Positions 37,629 through 46,852 of a stretch of 64,000 bases of DNA are shown in pieces. The stretch is from Candidatus Coatesbacteria bacterium (lineage in GTDB: Bacteria; RBG-13-66-14; B26-G2; JAUVZD01). The position numbers and the translations under genes were made by a program. How positions within the stretch are numbered: the stretch's first letter is position 1; the number at the start of each line of letters is the position of its first letter. Location: the NCBI GenBank assembly GCA_030602715.1, contig JAUVZD010000001.1, positions 124,403 to 188,402 on the forward strand. The letters run 5' to 3'. Under the pieces are notes generated by a model. The model did not search any database. It was not told where the DNA came from and worked only from the letters and a program-made list of their open reading frames with translations.

Positions 37629-37654
37629 AGCCCCCCAATACAATTTGGGGGGCT
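37629..37654. terminator. Hairpin immediately 3' of tRNA-Arg
   Basis: AGCCCCCCAA-tacaat-TTGGGGGGCT, 10-bp stem; no U-tract. Confidence 0.45.
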
Positions 37655-37660
37655 TGGGTC

Positions 37661-37735
37661 TGCGCCCGAGTGGACTCGAACCACCGGCACGCGGCTTAGG
37701 AAACCGCTGCTCTATCCTAACTGAGCTACGGGCGC
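37661..37735 (-). tRNA. tRNA-Arg(CCT)
   Basis: GCGCCCG acceptor stem, TAGCTCAG D-arm, GCGGT-TTCCTAA-GCCGC anticodon arm, GGTTCGAGTCC T-arm; CCA not encoded. Confidence 0.96.
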
Positions 37736-37742
37736 TCTGTCT

Positions 37743-38264
37743 TTACTCATATTTGATAAGGCTTATGATTTCGTAATCCTCTATCTTCTTGCGTCCCTCC
37801 AGGAATGCCAGCTCAATGACGAAGGCGATGGCTGAGACCACTCCGCCGGCTTTCTCAACCAGGCGGGCGGTAGCCTGTGCGGTTCCTCCGGTAGCCAGCA
37901 GGTCATCAATGATTAAAACCCGTTCCCCCTCATTTATTGCGTCAATGTGCATCTCCACGGAATCTGTGCCGTACTCCAGCTCGTAGCTCTCGGTTATAAT
38001 TTTGTGTGGTAGTTTACCCTGTTTGCGCACAATAGCATGGCCACAGCCCAGCTTATGAGCCAATGCCCCACCGAAGATGAACCCCCGGGATTCTATGGAG
38101 GCAATCTTATCAATCTTTTTCCCGCTCAGCGCCTTCGCAAAATCGTCAATAGATTTGCGGAAAGCCCGGCTGTCAAGCAGGAGGGGGGTGATATCTTTGA
38201 AGCCGATTCCCGGTTTAGGAAAATCCATCACCTCACGAATGTAACTCTCAAGATTGATGCTCAT
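37743..38264 (-). CDS. apt: Adenine phosphoribosyltransferase
   Basis: DFPKPGI.FKDITPLL, ESRGF, RK.GKLP, Y.LEYG, IDDLLATGGT; TAATG overlap with the sigma gene. Confidence 0.96.
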   Translation of the reverse strand: MSINLESYIREVMDFPKPGIGFKDITPLLLDSRAFRKSIDDFAKALSGKKIDKIASIESRGFIFGGALAHKLGCGHAIVRKQGKLPHKIITESYELEYGTDSVEMHIDAINEGERVLIIDDLLATGGTAQATARLVEKAGGVVSAIAFVIELAFLEGRKKIEDYEIISLIKYE

Positions 38265-39301
38265 TATGTGGTATCTCCTTCCTCCAACCAATCTACCAGT
38301 TTCTGTCTCTCCAGGGCAAGTTCACGCATCTTGCGAATGGCTTTCTCCTCCAATTGGCGCACCCGTTCTCGGGTAATTCCCAGCCTCATTCCAATCTCCT
38401 TCAATGTCAGGGTTTCACCTTCAAAGAGCCCGAAGCGCAACTCAATAACACGTTGTTCCTTGGGGGTCAGTTTTTTCAGCAGTTCCAGGAGATATTCGTT
38501 GCGGAGGATCTGGAAGACCGCATCCGAGGGGATCTTGCTGGATTTGTCTTCCACAATATCCATCAGCCTCAACTCGTTGTCGGGGTCCAAGTAGGTGTCC
38601 AAGCTCTGGGTCTGCTTTTCTACGGCAATAACCTGCTTGGCTTTATCAAGGGAAATACCCATCTCCTTGGCTATCTCCTCCAGGGTTGGATTGCGTCCGG
38701 GGATATTGGAGAGTTTCTTTTTGGTGTTGAAGTAGCGATTTATCAGCTCCACCATATGCACCGGTAGGCGGATGGTTCGGGCTTTGCTCGCCAGAGCTCG
38801 GGAAATGGATTGGCGAATCCACCATGAGGCATAGGTGGAGAACATAAACCCCTTACGATAGTCAAACCTTTCCACCGCCTTTATCAATCCCAGATTCCCC
38901 TCCTCAATCAGGTCCATGAAGGAGAGCCCCCGATTCAGATAATTTTTGGCGATGTTTATCACCAGCCGAAGGTTGGAAAGTATCATCGCCTTCTGGGCTT
39001 CAATGTCCCCCTCAAAAGCCTTCTTTGCCAGGATGCGAGCGTCATCCGGTGAAAGAACCGGTATCTGGGACAATTCCTTCAAATATATTCCTAAAGTGGA
39101 ATACCCCCTAATATCACCGTCATCGGCTTTCTTTCTTTCCTTCTTCCGCCTCTTCATCTCCACCCCGCCTATGGCGGGGGAGGATTCCCGTGTCTCTTTT
39201 GTCTCCTTCTTCTCGGTTCTTTTCAGGGTCTGTTTGCTGGTTCCCTTTTTGGCATTGTCTTTGCTTGAGGAGGGTTTCTTTTCTTTCCTCTTCTTGGACA
39301 T
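38264..39301 (-). CDS. rpoS: Group 1/2 sigma-70 factor, RpoS-like
   Basis: YL.E, NLRLV, DLIEEGNLGL (RpoS-type EEGN), FSTYA.WWIRQ, RTIRLPVH, TL.EIG...G.TRERVRQ; no region 1.1; apt neighbour. Confidence 0.75.
   Translation of the reverse strand: MSKKRKEKKPSSSKDNAKKGTSKQTLKRTEKKETKETRESSPAIGGVEMKRRKKERKKADDGDIRGYSTLGIYLKELSQIPVLSPDDARILAKKAFEGDIEAQKAMILSNLRLVINIAKNYLNRGLSFMDLIEEGNLGLIKAVERFDYRKGFMFSTYASWWIRQSISRALASKARTIRLPVHMVELINRYFNTKKKLSNIPGRNPTLEEIAKEMGISLDKAKQVIAVEKQTQSLDTYLDPDNELRLMDIVEDKSSKIPSDAVFQILRNEYLLELLKKLTPKEQRVIELRFGLFEGETLTLKEIGMRLGITRERVRQLEEKAIRKMRELALERQKLVDWLEEGDTT
39163..39179. repeat. Palindrome CCCCGCC-TAT-GGCGGGG inside the sigma factor 5' region
   Basis: 7-bp perfect stem; sense strand CCCCGCCATAGGCGGGGTGGAGA closely matches the HU unit CCCCGCCAAGGCGGGGTAGGGA. 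Confidence 0.65.
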
Positions 39302-39322
39302 CTATAGTTTTTTCACTCTCCG

Positions 39323-39601
39323 TTAAACGCTGGGGTGGACATCAAAATATCTGAACTCACCGATATATTTCCGTTCGTCAACAATCACATCGCTGATTCT
39401 GGCACCGCCGGGTCCTTGGCGGATTTTCTCAATGAAAATGGAGATGTTCTCATCCTCCCCCTCAGCCATTATCTCCACATCACCGCTTCTGCAATTGCGC
39501 ACCCATCCCAACACTCCAAAAGCATCCGCCTGGCGGACGACAAAATACCTGAACCCGACCCCCTGAACCATTCCCTTGATCAACAGATGCACCCTGCGCA
39601 T
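39323..39601 (-). CDS. acyP: Acylphosphatase
   Basis: G.VQGVGFR, GWVRN..G.VE, GP..A. Confidence 0.94.
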   Translation of the reverse strand: MRRVHLLIKGMVQGVGFRYFVVRQADAFGVLGWVRNCRSGDVEIMAEGEDENISIFIEKIRQGPGGARISDVIVDERKYIGEFRYFDVHPSV

Positions 39602-39604
39602 ACC

Positions 39605-40081
39605 CTACTCCCCCGGTTGGGCACCGCCGATGGTTGTGAATGCCCAGTCAACCGCCTCTTTAGGGTTTTCTGCTATGTAGACGCCGGGGATTTCCCAATC
39701 CAGAAGCAGACCGGCGACGGGTCTGCCGATATTCAGCGCCAGGGCAATCTCCGAGAGGGTACCGTATGAGCCGTCAACCGCTATGACCGCCTGACCACAG
39801 GCTACCACCAGAACATTACGAGCCCGATTGAGACCGGTGGGGATGATGATGTTCACATAGGGATTGGCATGATGGTGTTCATAGGTGGGCAGAATACCCA
39901 CCACCATTCCACCGGCTTCCTTTGCGCCGCGGCTGGCTTCCTCCATCACCCCTCCCAGACCACCGCTGAACAACACTCCCCCTCCTTCGGCTATCAGACG
40001 CCCCACCTCAAAGGCTGTTTCCCGGGCGTTCTTCCTAGGCGATGAAGCTCCAACAACGCTTATCTGGGGAGGAGAGGACAT
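39605..40081 (-). CDS. TIGR00725 family LOG-like protein
   Basis: GGLGGVMEEASRGA, GILP, N.YV, TG...ARN, G.YGTLSEIA. Confidence 0.88.
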   Translation of the reverse strand: MSSPPQISVVGASSPRKNARETAFEVGRLIAEGGGVLFSGGLGGVMEEASRGAKEAGGMVVGILPTYEHHHANPYVNIIIPTGLNRARNVLVVACGQAVIAVDGSYGTLSEIALALNIGRPVAGLLLDWEIPGVYIAENPKEAVDWAFTTIGGAQPGE

Positions 40082-40094
40082 ATTTCTCAAGATA

Positions 40095-40130
40095 AAACCC
40101 TGCTTACCAGAATTGCCTGGCTAGCAGGGG
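40095..40130 (-). terminator. Putative terminator after tRNA-Pro(GGG)
   Basis: CCCTGCT.CCAG-loop-CTGG..AGCAGGG-TTTT on the minus strand. Confidence 0.55.
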
Positions 40131-40142
40131 GTGACCAAGGCT

Positions 40143-40217
<75 letters not shown>

Positions 40218-40285
40218 ATGATAAAATGTTTAACGAGTAATTCAAAACATAATATCCTGAATCAACTTTATCAAGCTCAAAAGAA

Positions 40286-40360
<75 letters not shown>

Positions 40361-40370
40361 CCGGAGGATG

Positions 40371-40399
40371 ATGCTATCATATTGATGGTGCAAAGGCAA
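40371..40399 (-). promoter_or_regulatory. Putative tRNA promoter
   Basis: TTGCCT-N17-TAGCAT just upstream of tRNA-Pro(CGG). Confidence 0.55.
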
Positions 40400-40414
40400 G
40401 TAGTTTTCGTTCCG

Positions 40415-40783
40415 TTAATCCAACATAGATAATATATCCTCCAGCTCCCGCTTCAGCTCCTTGAGGTCGGTCATCAGTTTTGGCTTCGTTTTCGGTGACT
40501 TCCCCCTCGCCAACACCTGCCGGGCTCCTTTTATGGTGAATTTTTCCACATATAATAATCTATTTATTTTCCTGAGCAGTGCGATATCCTCGGCGACATA
40601 TTTGCGCCTTCCTCCACGCCCCTTGCGGGGGCTGAGTTGGGGAAACTCCTGCTCCCAATAACGCAGGACATAGTCCCGCACCCCCAGAAGGTCGCTTACC
40701 TCACGGATGGAGAAGAACATCCGCCCATTCTTCGGATTTTTCCCTTTCTCAGCCAGTATTATAAATCTCCTTATGAGAATCAA
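40415..40783 (-). CDS. MerR family transcriptional regulator (tRNA-Pro-linked type)
   Basis: FSIREVS, VLRYWE.EFP.L.P.K..GGRR.Y, LLY...FTIKGA; start uncertain. Confidence 0.9.
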   Translation of the reverse strand: MILIRRFIILAEKGKNPKNGRMFFSIREVSDLLGVRDYVLRYWEQEFPQLSPRKGRGGRRKYVAEDIALLRKINRLLYVEKFTIKGARQVLARGKSPKTKPKLMTDLKELKRELEDILSMLD

Positions 40784-41780
40784 ACTCCGGCTTGGCTTCC
40801 CGGGTCATCAGGTCCCGGATGACCTGTCGGGCGTCCTTGTCCTCGTATAGGGCTTTATAAACTTCATTGGTTATGGGCAGGTCCACTTCATATTTCTGCG
40901 CCAGTAGATAGCCCGCCTTGGTGGTATTAACTCCCTCTGCGACCATGGTCAAGTTTGCCAGTATCTCCGGCAGTTTCATCCCCCGACCCAGACACTCCCC
41001 CACATAGCGATTGCGAGAATGTTTGGACATGCAGGTGGTAACCAGGTCGCCCAGGCCGGATATGCCCATAAAGGTGGACTGCTCGGCTCCCATCTTGACG
41101 CCCAACCGCATCATCTCCATCAAGCCCCGAGCCAGAAGGGCGCCTTTGGTGTTATCCCCGTAGCCCAGCCCATCCACTCCCCCGGCAGCGATGGCGATGA
41201 TATTCTTCAACGAGCCCCCCAACTCCACTCCTATGACATCGGGATTGGTGTAGACCCGCATGTAATGCACCATAAAAGTGTTTTGCACCTCTTTTGCCAC
41301 CTGGTGATTACTTGAGGCGGCAACTATAACCGTGGGAATTCGGCGGGAGACCTCCTCGGCGTGTGAGGGTCCATAGAAGGTGCAGATGCGGTCGCTGTTA
41401 CCCAGAACCTCGGAGACTACCTCGGACATACGCTTTAAGGTGGTGGTCTCTATTCCCTTTGACGCTATGGTGATTATCCTGTCCTGCGGGATATACGGTT
41501 TTGCCATCTCCAGGGTCTGGCGAACGGTATGCGAGGGCACCACAACCAGGACCATGTCCACATCCTCTGTGGCTTCAGCGATGTCGTTGGTCACCAGTAT
41601 CTCATCATCCAGAGTTACACCCGGAAGCACCTTGGAGTGTTCCCTTATGGCAAGAATCTCCTGCACCACTTCAGGAGAATATTCCCAGATTTTTACCTGG
41701 TAACCATTTTCGTGGAGCAAGCGACTTAAAGTAATTCCCCAACTACCTGCACCGTAAACGGCAATTTTAGAGATGGACAT
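40749..41780 (-). CDS. gpsA: NAD(P)H-dependent glycerol-3-phosphate dehydrogenase
   Basis: GAGSWG, SKGIE, GPSHA.EV, GVELGG.LKN, G.GDN, GLGDL..TC.S..SRN, VAEG. Confidence 0.96.
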   Translation of the reverse strand: MSISKIAVYGAGSWGITLSRLLHENGYQVKIWEYSPEVVQEILAIREHSKVLPGVTLDDEILVTNDIAEATEDVDMVLVVVPSHTVRQTLEMAKPYIPQDRIITIASKGIETTTLKRMSEVVSEVLGNSDRICTFYGPSHAEEVSRRIPTVIVAASSNHQVAKEVQNTFMVHYMRVYTNPDVIGVELGGSLKNIIAIAAGGVDGLGYGDNTKGALLARGLMEMMRLGVKMGAEQSTFMGISGLGDLVTTCMSKHSRNRYVGECLGRGMKLPEILANLTMVAEGVNTTKAGYLLAQKYEVDLPITNEVYKALYEDKDARQVIRDLMTREAKPEFDSHKEIYNTG

Positions 41781-41896
41781 AGAACTCTCCCAAACATAAA
41801 GTAAAACTTTAAGGGAATTTTGTGATAATTCCGGCAGGCTGTCAATATAAAATGGTGGTTCTCAGAATATATTTTTTACAATGCAGTTTGTCCGCT

Positions 41897-42535
41897 CTAT
41901 TCACCGGTTGATATTTTCCTTTTAAAGCTGAATCTATTCTCCTCACCTCGCACAAGTCTCTTTATGTTTGACCGATGAGCGATTATCACCAATATTGTCA
42001 GTAGAATTGTGAACCCCAGAAGCCAAAAATTCAATCCGCCTTCAAAGTAGTAGCTATACAGAGAGGAAAAGAGGAGGAAGCTTGAGGTGGCGATCATTGA
42101 GGAAAGGGAGATATATCGCCATATGATGAAGACGATAGCAAACAACATAATAGAGGCTAATGCAGACCAGGGTGAGAGCATCAGACAGGCTCCGAAAGCC
42201 ACTGCCACGCCTTTTCCGCCCTTGAACAGAAGATATACGGGGAATATATGTCCAATAATTACCATGACTGCGGATACTATCTCCGCCAGGTTGATGTCGC
42301 CGGTGATGAAGAAGATTGGCAGAATGGCTACGGAGAGCGAGCCCTTGAGCACATCCATGATGTAGGCGATGGTGCCGGGTAGGGGTCCCGCCACCCGATA
42401 GAGGTTGGTGGAACCGATATTTCCCGAGCCGTGCTTACGTATATCCACCCGACAGAATATGAGCCCTATCAAGAATGAGAAGGGGATAGCCCCAAATAGA
42501 TAGGCGATTAGGGCAATAATTATGAAGTTACTCAT
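41897..42535 (-). CDS. plsY: Glycerol-3-phosphate acyltransferase PlsY
   Basis: YL.G.IPF, DIR.HGSGN.G.TN..R, D.LKG, GH.FP, FKGGKGVA, H.SNI.RL..G.E. Confidence 0.96.
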   Translation of the reverse strand: MSNFIIIALIAYLFGAIPFSFLIGLIFCRVDIRKHGSGNIGSTNLYRVAGPLPGTIAYIMDVLKGSLSVAILPIFFITGDINLAEIVSAVMVIIGHIFPVYLLFKGGKGVAVAFGACLMLSPWSALASIMLFAIVFIIWRYISLSSMIATSSFLLFSSLYSYYFEGGLNFWLLGFTILLTILVIIAHRSNIKRLVRGEENRFSFKRKISTGE

Positions 42536-43859
42536 CTTTCTTTCGCCCCCTGAAGTGCATTCTTATGGGAGTACCGATAAAATCAAACTGCTTGCGGATT
42601 CTATTTTCCAGAAATCTCTGGAAGGAGAAATGTGCCGTTTTGGGGTCGTTGACGAAAAAGGTGAAGGTAGGCGGTTTGATGTTCGTCTGGGAACAATAAT
42701 AAATCTTCAGTTCCTTTCCTCGTAGCGCAAATCCGGCGAACTGGCCGATAAAACGGTTTAGCTGGGGGGTGGGGATCTTACTCTTGCGCTGTTCTTGTAC
42801 TTTGACAGCCACCTGGAGGATATTTCCAACCCGCTGACCGCTCTTTGCCGAGGTGAATACGATCGGTGCATAACTGAGGAACTTCAGGCGATGGTATATC
42901 TCACGTTCATACTGCACCGTGCTCATGGTGTCCTTCTCCACCAGATCCCACTTGTTGACGCAGATGACACAGCCCTTACCCTCCTGCTCTATATAACCGG
43001 CGATCTTGGTGTCCTGGGAGATTATCAGCTGTTGGGCATCAATGACCAATATCGCCACATCACACCGTCTGACGACGGCTAACGCCCCCTTCACTGAGTC
43101 CCGCTCCACCCCTTCCTTATCCTTTGCCACCTTCTTCTTCTTGCGCAGTCCGGCGGTATCCACCAAGAGCAGTCTCTGACCGTGCCACTTGATAACTTCA
43201 TCTATTGGGTCTCGAGTGGTTCCCGGGGCTTCGTGCACCACCGCCCGTTCAGAACCGAGGATATAATTTAATAGCGATGACTTTCCCACATTCGGGCGTC
43301 CGACGATGGCGATTGCGGTGATTTTCTCCTTCTCATCCCTCTCCTCAACTAACTTTGGTTGGGGGAGCATATCCGCCATCGCCCGCCGTAGTTCCCCTGT
43401 TCCACTACGATTCAGGGCGGATATGGGCATCATGGGCGAGAATCCCAGGCTATAGAATTCATCCGCAAGATATAGTTGCCTGGAGGTGTCTATCTTGTTG
43501 ACCACCAATATAGTGGGTATGTTCTGTTTGCGAGTCCACTCCGCCAGCTCCTTATCGGCGCCGGTCAGCCCCTCCTTTCCATCGGTGATGAGCAAAAGAA
43601 GATCCCCTTCAGCGGCGGCTACCTCTAACTGTTTCTGAGCCGCCTCCAATACCCCTTGACCATCCGCCATCCAGCCCCCCACATCCACCATTGTAGCTTC
43701 TCCATCTCCCAGCCTGAAGGTGCCATACAGTCGGTCGCGGGTGGTGTGAGGTGTGGGGCTCACAATACTTTTCTTGCGAGTGAAATGGTTGAAGATGGTG
43801 GATTTGCCCACATTGGGACGACCAATAAGGACTACAATGGGATTTTTGGTGGGGTTCAT
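42528..43859 (-). CDS. der: Ribosome biogenesis GTPase Der/EngA
   Basis: Two GRPNVGKS P-loops, TTRD, NKID/NKWD, KH-like PPTF..F, G.PI; ATG 43859 preferred. Confidence 0.96.
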   Translation of the reverse strand: MNPTKNPIVVLIGRPNVGKSTIFNHFTRKKSIVSPTPHTTRDRLYGTFRLGDGEATMVDVGGWMADGQGVLEAAQKQLEVAAAEGDLLLLITDGKEGLTGADKELAEWTRKQNIPTILVVNKIDTSRQLYLADEFYSLGFSPMMPISALNRSGTGELRRAMADMLPQPKLVEERDEKEKITAIAIVGRPNVGKSSLLNYILGSERAVVHEAPGTTRDPIDEVIKWHGQRLLLVDTAGLRKKKKVAKDKEGVERDSVKGALAVVRRCDVAILVIDAQQLIISQDTKIAGYIEQEGKGCVICVNKWDLVEKDTMSTVQYEREIYHRLKFLSYAPIVFTSAKSGQRVGNILQVAVKVQEQRKSKIPTPQLNRFIGQFAGFALRGKELKIYYCSQTNIKPPTFTFFVNDPKTAHFSFQRFLENRIRKQFDFIGTPIRMHFRGRKKDE

Positions 43860-43864
43860 GGCGA

Positions 43865-43893
43865 AAAATTTTGGGCGGGGATGGCACCGCCCA
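43865..43893 (-). terminator. Hairpin between rpsA and der (partial terminator)
   Basis: TGGGCGG-N8-CCGCCCA followed by AAATTTTT on the minus strand. Confidence 0.45.
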
Positions 43894-43944
43894 GATCTTA
43901 TCAATTTATGCCTTGGTATCGTTGTTAAAGCGGCATCCTAAGAG

Positions 43945-46737
43945 CTATTTATCCTCGCTCTCATCTTCATCTTTTTCTTGAGGCGGCTCCTCTTTCTCCG
44001 CCTCCCCTTCAGCTTCTTTCTCTTCGGATTTCTCTGCTTCTACATCTTCAGCTTTGGGTTTCTCAGCCTTATCTTCCTTAACCACAGGTTTCTCAGCTTT
44101 AAATGGCTCCTCTTTCTCTGGCGAGGGCTCTTCGGCTTTAGCCGGTTCCTCCTCCTCAGCGTCGGGCTTCTCCGTCTCAGCCAGCTCTTCTTTCTCTGGT
44201 GCGGGTTCTTCGGTTTTAGCCGGCTCCTCCTTCTCTGGCGAGGCCTCTTCGGTTTTAGCCGGCTCCTCCTTCTCTGGCGAGGGCTCTTCGGTTTTAGCCG
44301 GTTCCTCCTCCTCAGTGTCGGGCTTCTCCGTCTCAGCCGGCTCCTCTTTCTCTGGCGAGGGCTCTTCGGCTTTAGCCGGTTCCTCCTCCTCAGCGTCGGG
44401 CTTCTCCTTCTTAGCCGGCTCCTCCTCCTCAGCGTCGGGCTTCTCCGTCTCAGCCGGTTCCTCTTTCTCGGGCGAGGGCTCTTCGGTTTTAGCCGGTTCC
44501 TCTTTCTCGGGCGAGGGCTCTTCGGTTTTAGCCGGCTCCTCTTTCTCTGGCGAGGGCTCTTCAGCTTTAGCCGGCTCCTCTTTCTCAGCGTCGGGCTCTT
44601 CGGCTTTAGCCGGTTCCTCCTCCTCAGCGTCGGGCTTCTCCGTCTCAGCCGGTTCCTCTTTCTCTGGCGAAGGTTCTTCGGCTTTAGCCAGCTCCTCTTT
44701 CTCTGGCGAGGGCTCTTCGGCTTTAGCCGGTTCCTCCTCCTCAGCGTCGGGCTCCTCAGCTTTAGCCGGTTCCTCCTCCTCAGCGTCGGGCTTCTCCGTC
44801 TCAGCCGGTTCCTCCTTCTCAGCGTCGGGCTTCTCCGTCTCAGCTGGCTCTTCCTCCTCAGCGTCGGTGTCCTCTGCTTTTACCTCCTCCTTCACGGCTT
44901 CGTCCGAAATTTCCTCCGCTACGGGTGCGGCCTCTTCCTGCTGTGGCTCTTCCTCCATTAGAAGTAAATCGATATCCTCACCCTTCTCCTTCTTCTCCCG
45001 TTCAAATTCCCGGATGGAGAGGCTAATCTTACGCTCTTCGGTGGAGATAGAGATTATCTTCAGGTTTATCCGTTGGTTGACCTTTAAAACCTCGGCAATA
45101 TTATCTATGTGCCGTTCTTCTATCTCCGAGACATGGAGCAGACCCTCTATGCCGAAGGGAATGCGGACGATAGCTCCATAGTTTGCTATCTTGACCACAT
45201 CTCCCTCCACATTCACACCCACCTTCAGATGCTCTTGGACTCTGCTCCAGGGGTCCTCGCTCAACTGCTTCATCCCCAGAGAGACCCGACGGTTTATCTT
45301 GTCTATTCCCAAAACCACCACTTCTACGAGCTGCCCTTTTTTGAATATCTCGGCGGGGTTCTGAACTCTGCTGGTCCAGGAGATATCCGAGATGTGCACC
45401 AAGCCGTCTATTCCCTCCTCCACCTCCACAAAGATTCCAAAATCGGTGATGTTGCGAACCTTACCCTCGAACCGCTTTCCGACCGGATATCTCTCCTCCA
45501 ATGAATCCCAGGGATTGGGCTCCAATTGGCGTAGACCCAGGGAGATTCGTTCATTCTCTTTATCAATGTTGAGAATCATGGCTTCAACGGTGTCGCCTAT
45601 CTCCAATATGTCATTGGGGTGCTTGATACGCTTGGTCCAGGACATCTCCGAGATATGGATTAAACCCTCTATGCCCTTTTCCAGCTCCATAAAAGCCCCG
45701 TAGTCGGTTATGCTGACGATCTTCCCTCTCGCTACATCCCCCACATTAAACTTCTCTCCTATCTTATCCCAGGGATGGGGTGTCAGTTGCTTCAATCCCA
45801 GGGATACCCTTTCCCTCTCATGGTCAAAGCTGAGCACCTTGACTTCAATCTTGTCCCCAATGTTGACCACCTCTGAGGGGTGATTGATTCGTCCCCAGGA
45901 TAGGTCGGTTAAGTGGAGTAAACCATCAAGCCCCCCTATGTCAACGAAGGCACCGAAATCGGTGATGTTCTTGACCTCCCCCTCAACCACCTGCCCTTCT
46001 TTTAAGGTCTCCACCAACTTCTTCTTCATCTCTTCCCGGGCTTCGGCAAGGATGACCTTGTGGGAGAGGACGATATTGCGGCGGCGCTTGTTCAGCTTAA
46101 CCACCTTGAAGTCCATGCTCTTACCGATATGTTGTTCCAGATCTTTGGTGGGGCGCAGAGACACCTGGCTTGCAGGCAGAAACGCCCGCACCCCGATGTC
46201 CACGGCGAGTCCGCCTTTGACCACATCCAGTATCTTGCCGGTGATTACCTGGTCGTTCTCGTAGTAATCCTTTATCTGCTCCCACTTACCGAAGAAATCC
46301 GCCTTCTCCTTGGAAAGCACCACCACACCGTCCTGGTCCTCCTTTTTGTCCAGGTATACTTCCACCTCCTGCCCTACCTCTAAAGCGGATGGGTCGGGAA
46401 ATTCATTGATGTTGATGCTTCCCTCGGACTTGTAGCCCACATCAACAAGGACTTCATCCTCGGTTACAGCCACAATGAAGCCTTTTACAATCTCTCCCTC
46501 CTCTATATCCTTGAGGACATTCTCGTAGTCTGCCATCATAGCTGCGAAGTCCTCCTCGTCCCCTTCGGGCTTTGGGGAGGTCCGGGATGGGTCTAAATCA
46601 TCGGCAGATGGCGGGCTCTTCTCCTCCTGTTCTTTCTCATCTGATCGGTTAATAGACACCTGGTTAGCAGTGTTGCCAGCACTCACCTCCTCTTTGCTTT
46701 CTTCTACTTCTCTTTGCTTCTTTTCTTTTTCAACCAT
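43945..46737 (-). CDS. rpsA: 30S ribosomal protein S1 with long acidic repeat tail
   Basis: Six S1 domains (DVGYKSEG, AFLPASQ, ITDFGAFV..GGLDGLLH, IEGLIHISE.SW...), then about 340 aa rich in Glu/Pro/Lys. Confidence 0.96.
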   Translation of the reverse strand: MVEKEKKQREVEESKEEVSAGNTANQVSINRSDEKEQEEKSPPSADDLDPSRTSPKPEGDEEDFAAMMADYENVLKDIEEGEIVKGFIVAVTEDEVLVDVGYKSEGSININEFPDPSALEVGQEVEVYLDKKEDQDGVVVLSKEKADFFGKWEQIKDYYENDQVITGKILDVVKGGLAVDIGVRAFLPASQVSLRPTKDLEQHIGKSMDFKVVKLNKRRRNIVLSHKVILAEAREEMKKKLVETLKEGQVVEGEVKNITDFGAFVDIGGLDGLLHLTDLSWGRINHPSEVVNIGDKIEVKVLSFDHERERVSLGLKQLTPHPWDKIGEKFNVGDVARGKIVSITDYGAFMELEKGIEGLIHISEMSWTKRIKHPNDILEIGDTVEAMILNIDKENERISLGLRQLEPNPWDSLEERYPVGKRFEGKVRNITDFGIFVEVEEGIDGLVHISDISWTSRVQNPAEIFKKGQLVEVVVLGIDKINRRVSLGMKQLSEDPWSRVQEHLKVGVNVEGDVVKIANYGAIVRIPFGIEGLLHVSEIEERHIDNIAEVLKVNQRINLKIISISTEERKISLSIREFEREKKEKGEDIDLLLMEEEPQQEEAAPVAEEISDEAVKEEVKAEDTDAEEEEPAETEKPDAEKEEPAETEKPDAEEEEPAKAEEPDAEEEEPAKAEEPSPEKEELAKAEEPSPEKEEPAETEKPDAEEEEPAKAEEPDAEKEEPAKAEEPSPEKEEPAKTEEPSPEKEEPAKTEEPSPEKEEPAETEKPDAEEEEPAKKEKPDAEEEEPAKAEEPSPEKEEPAETEKPDTEEEEPAKTEEPSPEKEEPAKTEEASPEKEEPAKTEEPAPEKEELAETEKPDAEEEEPAKAEEPSPEKEEPFKAEKPVVKEDKAEKPKAEDVEAEKSEEKEAEGEAEKEEPPQEKDEDESEDK
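44086..44865 (-). repeat. Coding tandem repeat, 20 x 39 bp (13 aa) in the rpsA tail
   Basis: Units such as DAEEEEPAETEKP and SPEKEEPAKAEEP; 780 bp counted unit by unit. Confidence 0.95.
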
Positions 46738-46799
46738 TGAATTTCGCTTAGCCTCCTTATTTCAAATTTCGGGGAAAGCCCCGAAAAACACAATAAAAG

Positions 46800-46828
46800 A
46801 TTGTATCACAAATAATTGTTTAAGGCAA
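46800..46828 (-). promoter_or_regulatory. Putative internal rpsA promoter
   Basis: TTGCCT-N17-TACAAT; leader contains a TTTCGGGG-CTTT-CCCCGAAA hairpin. Confidence 0.6.
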
Positions 46829-46852
46829 GAAAAAAAAATTACTTCAACGCTA

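Noticed and set aside
43872-43893. GGCGGGG-ATGGCACC-GCCCA resembles the junction of the HU repeat
   Set aside because: Opposite arm order and a short match; adequately explained as an rpsA 3' hairpin, so not counted as a family member.
44086-44865. 39-bp periodic array as a possible CRISPR array
   Set aside because: No unique spacers, in-frame coding repeat, no cas genes.
43978-45181. Long + strand ORFs (327 and 375 aa) rich in Leu/Phe or Ser/Gly
   Set aside because: Antisense shadows of the stop-free rpsA repeat tail.
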